NCBI GenBank assembly: GCA_965250155.1
Contig: OZ252291.1
Coordinates: 2,125,669 to 2,189,668, forward strand
From: Gemmatimonadales bacterium
GTDB lineage: Bacteria; Gemmatimonadota; Gemmatimonadetes; Gemmatimonadales; GWC2-71-9
DNA: 64,000 nucleotides
Direction of reading: 5' to 3'
Under the pieces are notes generated by a model that worked only from the letters and a program-made list of their open reading frames with translations, was not told where the DNA came from and did not search any database. Position numbers and translations under genes: made by a program. How positions within the stretch are numbered: position 1 is the stretch's first letter; each line of letters starts with the position of its first letter. Positions 56,603-64,000 of the stretch are shown here, piece by piece.

Positions 56603-59191
56603 ATGACCCCCAGAAGCCGTTGGCTGAGCGCTGGGATCGTTGCCATCGTCGTGGTATTGCTCCTTGGTCGGTGGCTTGCCGTCGGAACCGCCGATCGTCT
56701 GTGGGCGGAAGCCCTCGGCGTAGGTGACACACACGCCGCCATTGCCCGAATGCGTACCCTCTTGTTCCTGTCGACGTTTGCCGGAGCAGCACTGTGGTGC
56801 CTTGGGAATCTCTACCTCGTCTACCGGTCGATTGGCTCGGTCACCGTACCGAGGCGTTTGGGAAATATTGAGATCGTCGAGGCCGTACCGCGACATTATC
56901 TGTTCATCGGATTCGCTGCGCTCGGCTGCGGCTTGGCCCTGTCCCTGTCCTTCGGGTCGGGAGAATGGTGGTATGCCCGGACGCTCGCGGCAAGCGGGAC
57001 AACAGTCGGACTGAGTGATCCCATCCTGCAGCGAGATGCGTCCTATTATCTGTTTTCACTGCCTTGGACACGCACCTTGCATGGCTACGTGACCTTCTTG
57101 GCGGCAGTCATGCTCGGTGTGTCGCTGATCTTGTATACGGCGGTAGGAGCGGTGCGTGGTGGGAAACGCCGTATCGAAGTCCACGACCAAGCACGCCGCC
57201 ATCTCGGCGCATTGTTCGCGGTCTTTGCACTGACACTGGTATGGGGATATCGGCTGGAGCCGGCGGAATACCTCGCCGGCGTGCACAACGTCCCTTACGA
57301 CTCCGTGCTCGTAGACGTGCGGTTGCCAACGGCGCGCCTGCTGAGCGCAGTGGGCTTGCTAACATGCGCCGCATCTCTCCTGTGGATCAGATTCGCCCGC
57401 CCCAGCTTGGTGTTGTTCGGTTGGGGGGCCTTGGCGGTGCTTTCGTTCGTCGGGCACTATTTGGCTCCTGCCGTGGCGGCCGGCGTGCGAACCGATGTCG
57501 AACTTCAGTCTGATATCCTATCGGATGCTCGAGAAGACTTTACGGCGTACGCCTACGGCCTCCACAGCGCCAAGCGACGGGTCAGAACGTCGCCGCGCGC
57601 CGGTCCGGAAGCCAGCCCCAGAGGTGCAGCCGAACTGGACGCTCCCATCCTATGGGATGAATCTGCCGTTAACGGACTCCTGAATCGCGTGGCAAGAGGA
57701 GAGTCCTATCTGGGCTTCACATCCTCTTCCCTGGGCAGCTACCGCACGTCGGAAGAGCGCAACGTTCCAGTGGTGATCGGTGTTCGGGAGGTGAACCTCA
57801 CCGTTGCGCGGGCGGTCGATCCTGCTTTTTCATGGGAACGAGTTCACCTCCACCCTTATAGCACGGTTCCGGGTATCGTGGCTGTACGTGCCGACCTGGT
57901 GTCTCCCGATGGGGGGCCGCTCTATGTACCGGATCTGCAACGCCCTGATTCGGTCGTGACCCCCGTGACCGACGTAATCCTCGCCGGCCCTGATTTGTTG
58001 TTCGGTCCGACCACGGGACAGTTCGCGGTCGTATCGGAGCGGTCGGTGGCCGGGGTATCGCTGGGCGGCTTCTTGCGCCGGTTGTCCCTCGCGTGGAAAC
58101 TCCAAAGTTCAAAGTTGCTCACGTCGCCGGCTGTGGAGGCGTCCGCGGTCGTTCTTTGGCACAGGGCTGTGCGCGAGCGACTGGAATCGTTCGCGCCGTT
58201 CGCCACTTTCGGAAACCCTCGACCGGTTGTGGTCGACGATCATCTGTGGTGGGCAGCCTTTGGATATGTTGCGTCCAACAGCTTCCCCCTTTCCGCTCGC
58301 TCGCGGTGGCAGGGTGGGGGAGTGGGATACCTACGAGCCGGTTTCGTCGGAGTCGTCGATGCTGCGACCGGCGAGACGTCGGTTTTTCTGCTTCCGGAAG
58401 CCGATGTCGTGAGTAAGGCTTGGGCAAGGTGGGCGCCCGACATGGTATCGCCGTGGTCGAGGATGGCCGACGGCCTTCGGGAGCATTTGGTGTACCCGGA
58501 AGCGCTATTCCGCACTCAGCTTCAATTGCTCCGTGACCGAGACGCACCCCGGCGTCCGGGGTTCTTGGGACGCCTGCAGGCGCAGCGTGGAGAGGAAAGC
58601 CCCGGCGGCGACACCTTTTGGTGGCTCTCTTCTGGCCCTGCGGGCAAGAATGCCCGGCTCCGACGGCTATCGACTCTCCAGGCGGACGATCCACCCCGTC
58701 TTGCTGGGTTGGTCGAAGGTGTAGTCGATGAGACGGGACCTGTCTTGACCGTCCATCGATTCCGCCAACTATGGGAGTTGCCTAGCCCCGCACGCACGGC
58801 CGGTCGCTTTGTTGCCGAACGCGGGGTCGACGTCGGAATCGTCGGGCCGCTCAAGACCGTTCCTGTGGGCGATGGCGTCCTGTCGCTGCAATCCACGTAC
58901 CTGAACCCGGTTGGCGAGGACAGCTTGCCGGTGCTGGTCAGTGTCGCGGTGCAGTGGGTCGGCGCCGTTGGGGTAGCGCCGACGTTCGATGCCGCGCTCG
59001 CCGAGGCACTGGTGTCTGACCGCAGTGCCGGAATGGTCTCGACCGACTGGGTGGCGGCCCGCAGCTGGTTCGGCCGACTCGATGCAGCCCGGCAGTCAGG
59101 CGACTGGATCGCCTTCGGCAGAGCCTATGAAGAACTTCGCAGACTCCTGATCGGCGACAGTATCCCGTGTCGCGGGCCGGGTTGCTCCTAA
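56603..59191 (+). CDS. UPF0182 family membrane protein
   Basis: DPIL.RD..YYLFSLP, several TMs, R.V.ERL...APF, HL.YPE.LF..Q, GDW.AFG.A..EL. Confidence 0.88.
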   Translation: MTPRSRWLSAGIVAIVVVLLLGRWLAVGTADRLWAEALGVGDTHAAIARMRTLLFLSTFAGAALWCLGNLYLVYRSIGSVTVPRRLGNIEIVEAVPRHYLFIGFAALGCGLALSLSFGSGEWWYARTLAASGTTVGLSDPILQRDASYYLFSLPWTRTLHGYVTFLAAVMLGVSLILYTAVGAVRGGKRRIEVHDQARRHLGALFAVFALTLVWGYRLEPAEYLAGVHNVPYDSVLVDVRLPTARLLSAVGLLTCAASLLWIRFARPSLVLFGWGALAVLSFVGHYLAPAVAAGVRTDVELQSDILSDAREDFTAYAYGLHSAKRRVRTSPRAGPEASPRGAAELDAPILWDESAVNGLLNRVARGESYLGFTSSSLGSYRTSEERNVPVVIGVREVNLTVARAVDPAFSWERVHLHPYSTVPGIVAVRADLVSPDGGPLYVPDLQRPDSVVTPVTDVILAGPDLLFGPTTGQFAVVSERSVAGVSLGGFLRRLSLAWKLQSSKLLTSPAVEASAVVLWHRAVRERLESFAPFATFGNPRPVVVDDHLWWAAFGYVASNSFPLSARSRWQGGGVGYLRAGFVGVVDAATGETSVFLLPEADVVSKAWARWAPDMVSPWSRMADGLREHLVYPEALFRTQLQLLRDRDAPRRPGFLGRLQAQRGEESPGGDTFWWLSSGPAGKNARLRRLSTLQADDPPRLAGLVEGVVDETGPVLTVHRFRQLWELPSPARTAGRFVAERGVDVGIVGPLKTVPVGDGVLSLQSTYLNPVGEDSLPVLVSVAVQWVGAVGVAPTFDAALAEALVSDRSAGMVSTDWVAARSWFGRLDAARQSGDWIAFGRAYEELRRLLIGDSIPCRGPGCS

Positions 59192-59221
59192 TAGGGTCGG
59201 CCTTTTACCTTCACTCGCCTC

Positions 59222-60175
59222 GTGGATACGATTGCAGACACTATTGTCGTTGCCCTGGGCGGAAATGCCCTGGCGCCGGCCGGAGAGCGCGCTACCGTTT
59301 ACGATCAGTTTCGTCACACGCGCCAGTCGCTCGAGGCCGTCGTGAAACTGGCTGCCGAGGGATGGCGGATTGCCATCGTTCACGGAAACGGACCGCAAGT
59401 CGGCGATGCGCTGAAGCGCAACGAGCTTGCGCGGCGCACTGTAGAGCCGCTGCCATTGGGTGTGCTGGTTGCTGGAACGGCTGGCTGGATTGGTTACATG
59501 GTGCAGCAGTCGTTGCAGAACGCGCTGCGACGTCTTGCCATCGACCGGCAGGTGCTGACCGTCATCACGCAAACCGTGGTCTCGCGCAACGACCCGCGAC
59601 TCCGCGATCCAACGAAGCCTATTGGCAGCGTGCTTTCTGAAGATGCAGCAGCGGATCTGCGGTCGCGGGGTGTTGTGGTGGGTAAGGATGGATCGGGTCG
59701 CTTGCGACGTTGGGCTCCAAGTCCCACGCCGATCGACATCGTCGAAGCTGAAGCCGTCAGGCAGTTGGTGGACGAGGGCAAGATAGTCGTGGCGGCTGGG
59801 GGTGGTGGACCGCCGGTATATCGCGATCCTACGACGGGCTGGGAAGGGGTCGATGCCGTTGTCGACAAAGACCGCACGGCGGCAGTCCTAGGGAACCGGC
59901 TCGGGGCGGATACGTTGCTCATCCTGACCGATGTACAGGCCGTCTATCGGAACTGGGGAACGGACCATGCAAGTCCGATCCCGCACATGACGGTCCCGGA
60001 GGCAAGTGACTTGCTGGAAACCGGCCAACTCGGCCGAGGCAGCATGGCACCAAAGCTCGAGGCGGCGGTCACATTCATCCAGCAGGGCGGACGCCGCGCA
60101 GTGATAGCGGATCTGACACACGGGGTGGCGGCCATGAATGGCGAAACCGGAACGACGATTTGGGGAGATCATTGA
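59222..60175 (+). CDS. arcC: Carbamate kinase
   Basis: VVALGGNAL, HGNGPQVG, PTKPIG, GGGGPP, AVVDKD, GSMAPK. Confidence 0.95.
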   Translation: MDTIADTIVVALGGNALAPAGERATVYDQFRHTRQSLEAVVKLAAEGWRIAIVHGNGPQVGDALKRNELARRTVEPLPLGVLVAGTAGWIGYMVQQSLQNALRRLAIDRQVLTVITQTVVSRNDPRLRDPTKPIGSVLSEDAAADLRSRGVVVGKDGSGRLRRWAPSPTPIDIVEAEAVRQLVDEGKIVVAAGGGGPPVYRDPTTGWEGVDAVVDKDRTAAVLGNRLGADTLLILTDVQAVYRNWGTDHASPIPHMTVPEASDLLETGQLGRGSMAPKLEAAVTFIQQGGRRAVIADLTHGVAAMNGETGTTIWGDH

Positions 60176-61315
60176 GTGAATCTTCATGAATATCAGGCGC
60201 GCGCGCTGCTGAAAGCCGCTGGAGTTACCGTGCCAGACGGCGATGTCGCTACTACACCGGATGAGGTGGAAACCATTGCGCGCGCCATGGGCGGCGCGGT
60301 CGTGATCAAGGCCCAGGTCCATATTGGTGGCCGGGGCAAAGCCGGCGGCGTCAAGCTCGCCGAAAACGAGGCTGAAGCACGGGCTGCGGCCGAAAAAATC
60401 CTCGGCATGACGATAAAGGGTCTCACAGTGAACAAGGTGCTTGTGGCACCCGCGGCGAAAATCACGTCTGAGAGTTACGTGGGCGTCATCGTCGATCGGG
60501 AATCGCAGCGCCCTGTTATCATGGTGAGCCCCGAGGGTGGTGTGGACATCGAGGAAGTGGCGGCGAAAACGCCCGACAAGATTTTCCAACTCGCGATCGA
60601 CCCGCGTTTTGGACTGATGTCGTATCAGGCTATGTCCCTCGCGTTCAAGCTCTACGACGACTTGAAGCAAGTGCGTCAGGCGGCGGTCGTGATGCAGCGG
60701 TTGTACCAGGCGTTCGTTGATGCCGGCGGGTCCCTCGCCGAGATCAATCCTTTGATTACGAACGACGAGGGCACGGTGCTTGCGTTGGACGCGAAGATTT
60801 CTGTTGACGACAACGAACTCGACCGCAAGCCGGCGATCGCCGAGTTGCGTGACCTGTCGGCGGAAGCGGAATCGGAAATAGAAGCACGTGAAGCTGGACT
60901 TTCCTTCATCAAACTCGACGGCAACGTCGGCTGTTGCGTTAACGGGGCCGGTCTGGCCATGGCGACGATGGATCTGGTCAAGTATTACGGCGGAGAGCCG
61001 GCCAATTTCCTCGACATCGGTGGCAGTAGCAATCCCGAGAAAGTCGTCACGGCGCTTGAGATCATCGGCGCCGATTCCAACGTGAGGAGTGTGTTGTTCA
61101 ACATCTTCGGCGGCATTACTAGGTGCGACGATGTGGCCAACGGCATCGTGGCGGCGACGAGTCAAACGTCGTTCGAACTCCCGCTGGTGATTCGTTTGAC
61201 GGGGACCAACGAGAAGCTGGCCGTGCAGATCTTGGAAGAGGCAGGCTTCAGTGCGTTGACCGACATGGACGAGGCGGTTGAGAAGGCGGTGCAGATCGCG
61301 AAGGAGGCCGCATGA
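60176..61315 (+). CDS. sucC: Succinyl-CoA synthetase beta subunit
   Basis: [37 protein letters not shown]. Confidence 0.97.
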   Translation: MNLHEYQARALLKAAGVTVPDGDVATTPDEVETIARAMGGAVVIKAQVHIGGRGKAGGVKLAENEAEARAAAEKILGMTIKGLTVNKVLVAPAAKITSESYVGVIVDRESQRPVIMVSPEGGVDIEEVAAKTPDKIFQLAIDPRFGLMSYQAMSLAFKLYDDLKQVRQAAVVMQRLYQAFVDAGGSLAEINPLITNDEGTVLALDAKISVDDNELDRKPAIAELRDLSAEAESEIEAREAGLSFIKLDGNVGCCVNGAGLAMATMDLVKYYGGEPANFLDIGGSSNPEKVVTALEIIGADSNVRSVLFNIFGGITRCDDVANGIVAATSQTSFELPLVIRLTGTNEKLAVQILEEAGFSALTDMDEAVEKAVQIAKEAA

Positions 61316-62181
61316 GCATCTTCGTCGATCGAGATACCAAACTGGTCGTTCAAGGCATCACGGGTCGCGATGGATCGTTCCACACGAGCCAGATGATGGA
61401 GTACGGCACGCAGGTGGTGGCGGGAGTGACGCCCGGCAAGGGAGGCCAACGCTTCAACCGCACCGTGCCCGTGTTCGACACCGTGGCGGATGCGGTAGCG
61501 GAAACCGGCGCCAACGCCTCCGTCATCTACGTCCCGGCGCGGTTCGCGTCAGATGCAATCTACGAGGCAGCCGATGCCGGCATCGAGCTCATCGTCTGCA
61601 TCTCTGAAGGCGTACCGGTGCTGGATATGACCCGTGTGATCCCGTTCCTACGGGAAAAGGGGACGCGCCTTATCGGGCCCAATTGCCCGGGAGCTATTTC
61701 CCCGGGTCGGTCGAAGGTCGGGATCATTCCAGGTCCAATTTGCCGGGAGGGGAAGGTCGGTGTGGTGTCTCGCAGTGGCACCCTGACGTATGAAATCATT
61801 CACCAACTCTCCGAGAACGGCTACGGTCAGTCGACCTGCGTCGGCATCGGCGGCGATCCCATCATTGGGACCAATTTCATCGAATGCCTGGCGGCCTTCG
61901 AAGCCGACCCTGACACCGATGCGATCGTCCTGATCGGAGAGATCGGGGGGACCGACGAGCAGCAAGCTGCGCAATACGTCGCTGACTACGTCACGAAACC
62001 CGTGGTGGGCTTCATTGCCGGACAAACCGCGCCCCCGGGGCGGCGCATGGGCCACGCCGGGGCTATTATCTCTGGGTCCAGCGGCACGGCAGCCGAGAAG
62101 ATGGCGGCGCTGGAGTCGGCAGGTATCTGCGTGATGAAACGGCCTGCAGACGTGGTTTCCCTCTTGAAGGAGCGACTCTGA
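61312..62181 (+). CDS. sucD: Succinyl-CoA synthetase alpha subunit
   Basis: [28 protein letters not shown]. Confidence 0.97.
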   Translation: MSIFVDRDTKLVVQGITGRDGSFHTSQMMEYGTQVVAGVTPGKGGQRFNRTVPVFDTVADAVAETGANASVIYVPARFASDAIYEAADAGIELIVCISEGVPVLDMTRVIPFLREKGTRLIGPNCPGAISPGRSKVGIIPGPICREGKVGVVSRSGTLTYEIIHQLSENGYGQSTCVGIGGDPIIGTNFIECLAAFEADPDTDAIVLIGEIGGTDEQQAAQYVADYVTKPVVGFIAGQTAPPGRRMGHAGAIISGSSGTAAEKMAALESAGICVMKRPADVVSLLKERL

Positions 62182-62185
62182 TCCG

Positions 62186-63127
62186 GTGAACCTCCGTGAC
62201 CTCCTGGCGCCGGAACGGATCGTCATTCCGCTTCCGGCAAAGACTCTCCACGACGCAGCCGAGCAGCTCATTGCCTCGTTCGTCGAAACGGGCATGGCGT
62301 CGGAGGCGTCGAAGTTGGTGGCCCGTGTGAGTGAAACACCGGTCGGCGAGGCTCTCGCCGTGGGTGAGGATGCCTTCATTCTCCACGTCCGTTCGACTTC
62401 GATGGACTCGGTCAGTGCCGCCCTTGGCGTGACGGCCGAGCCCGTGAGCCTCGTGCAGGAATCCGAGAAATCGGCTTGCATTGTGGTGGTAGTCGCCGGA
62501 CCGCCGAAGGACACCGCCACGTTCCTGCAGGCGGTCACCGGGTTCGCTCAAGCGCTGGCAATGGAGGGGGTGCCGTCGGCGATCCTCGCGGCGTCGAGTG
62601 CTGAGGCCGTTGCAGAGATTTCCGCTCTCATGGATGTCGAGCTCCCGGACGTGATCCTGGTAGGCGACGTGATGCGCCGCAAGGTGCGGTCGGTGACCCC
62701 GGAGACCACGCTGGCCGAAGCGGCTCGGATGATGACTCGCTACCATCTGGGATCGATTCCGGTGCTATCCGAGGACGGGGAAGTGTTGGGCATGGTGAGC
62801 GGTCGTGACCTGCTGGCATTGACCCTTCCCCGCTACCTCAAGGAGGCCAGAACCGGCGTCGGCCGGGGCAGCGGCGGGACGGCCCTGGAGGAGGTGGACG
62901 GGACCGGGGCTGGAGCCGGGGCGGGGGTGGACGTGGATCCCGAAAATCTCCCGGTCCGCGAGGTGATGGACCGTAGCGTCCTGTGCCTCTCGGAGGATCA
63001 AAGTCTCGCCGATGTGGCGGGCTTGATGGTCGCGAAGGACACCGACCGCTACCCGGTGGTGCGAGAAGGCATTCTGGTCGGAATGCTCACTAGAGGTGGT
63101 GTAGTCCGCCTTCTGTTCGGACCCTGA
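62186..63127 (+). CDS. PTS EIIA(Ntr/Fru)-like domain fused to a CBS pair
   Basis: N-terminal L.DLL.PERI..PL...AFILH.R EIIA pattern; two CBS motifs (V.DVM...V, PVV...LVGMLT). Confidence 0.8.
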   Translation: MNLRDLLAPERIVIPLPAKTLHDAAEQLIASFVETGMASEASKLVARVSETPVGEALAVGEDAFILHVRSTSMDSVSAALGVTAEPVSLVQESEKSACIVVVVAGPPKDTATFLQAVTGFAQALAMEGVPSAILAASSAEAVAEISALMDVELPDVILVGDVMRRKVRSVTPETTLAEAARMMTRYHLGSIPVLSEDGEVLGMVSGRDLLALTLPRYLKEARTGVGRGSGGTALEEVDGTGAGAGAGVDVDPENLPVREVMDRSVLCLSEDQSLADVAGLMVAKDTDRYPVVREGILVGMLTRGGVVRLLFGP

Positions 63128-63147
63128 ACCAACCATATCCGAGTCTG

Positions 63148-63570
63148 ATGCTAACTCTAGTGATCATCAAGCCAGACGCTGTAGGGAGCGGCCTGGCGGG
63201 AAAAATCATCGCCCATTTGGAGGCCCAAGGTTTCGTTGTGCGGGCGGTACGTATGACTCGGCTCTCAAAGTCCCAAGCCCAGGCGTTCTACGAGGTCCAC
63301 CGGGAACGCCCGTTCTTCGGCTCGCTGGTGGAATACATGACCTCGGCACCGTGCATTCCGATGGTGCTGGAGCGGGACGATGCCGTCAGTCACCTTCGGA
63401 CCGTCATCGGAGCAACCGATCCCGCCGAGGCGGCCGACGGCACCATTCGCAAGCTCTATGCAGAGTCGAAGGAGCGGAACGCAATCCATGCGTCGGACTC
63501 CCCGGAAAACGCGCTGCGAGAAATCGGGTTTTTCTTTTCGGGGGCCGAACTGGGGCTGTCGGCGGGGTAG
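63148..63570 (+). CDS. ndk: Nucleoside diphosphate kinase
   Basis: TL.IIKPDAV, FYEVH..RPFF, GTIR, NAIHASDS. Confidence 0.97.
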   Translation: MLTLVIIKPDAVGSGLAGKIIAHLEAQGFVVRAVRMTRLSKSQAQAFYEVHRERPFFGSLVEYMTSAPCIPMVLERDDAVSHLRTVIGATDPAEAADGTIRKLYAESKERNAIHASDSPENALREIGFFFSGAELGLSAG

Positions 63571-63579
63571 CTCGGCGCG

Positions 63580-63608
63580 TTGACCCGAGTGTCAGTGCCC
63601 GATAGGTT
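63580..63608 (+). promoter_or_regulatory. Sigma70-type promoter, near-leaderless, of the DUF177 gene
   Basis: TTGACC-N17-TAGGTT, 8 nt before the ATG at 63617. Confidence 0.7.
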
Positions 63609-63616
63609 TACAGGCT

Positions 63617-64000
63617 ATGTTGTCGGTGCAAATTGGTGCCCTCGATCGCGGCCCGGTGGAGGTATCGGGCATGGTTGCCAGCGACGACTCGTTGTTCGAC
63701 GATGTGGGCTTCGAACTAGGGGAATCGGTTCGGGTTTCGGGACGTCTTTCGGGTGCCAGCGTGGGCCGGTTCTATTGGAAGGGACGCATTGCCACGACCG
63801 TTGGCGCCACGTGTCGGAGGTGTCTCGCTTCCACTGCGTTGGAGATCGACGCGCGGGTCGATGCGATGTTCACAGAAAGCCAGGATGCCGAGGACCCGTC
63901 CGAGTACGCGGTCCCCAAGGGTGCCGGCCTCATCGATCTGCGCGAGGTGATTCGCGAGGAGTTGATTCTCGCAACCAGGCAGTTCGTGTTGTGCCGCGAG
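63617..64000 (+). CDS. yceD: DUF177/YceD family protein, partial (runs off window)
   Basis: MLSVQIGAL...ATCRRCL...IDLREVIREELILA..FVLCRE. Confidence 0.85.
   Translation, partial: MLSVQIGALDRGPVEVSGMVASDDSLFDDVGFELGESVRVSGRLSGASVGRFYWKGRIATTVGATCRRCLASTALEIDARVDAMFTESQDAEDPSEYAVPKGAGLIDLREVIREELILATRQFVLCRE

Overview
GC-rich bacterial chromosome segment, most consistent with a Gemmatimonadota genome (inferred from gene order and protein style). Most of it is intact housekeeping DNA: pyrR-pyrB-pyrC, rpsT, scpAB-rluB, a MoxR/DUF58/Bat (vWA) operon, mutL-miaA-bshA-uppP-birA-coaX, dcd, a complete nuoA-N operon with a Rex-like operator, PMM/PGM, UPF0182-arcC-sucCD-EIIA/CBS-ndk-yceD. Two unusual layers sit on this backbone. 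(1) A decayed integrative island (~3.4-8.9 kb) at the 3' end of tRNA-Ser(CGA). It carries a stand-alone OLD-type ATPase-TOPRIM nuclease, an excisionase-like HTH gene and a tyrosine-integrase C-terminus missing from the ORF track. It also has three diverged copies of the integrase 3' tail plus hairpin, each abutting a different convergent gene like a cassette array. (2) About fifteen deletion scars in which accessory genes have been hollowed out to their ends or spliced into chimeras; several retain downstream promoters or translational coupling. All calls come from reading motifs by eye; no database searches were run.
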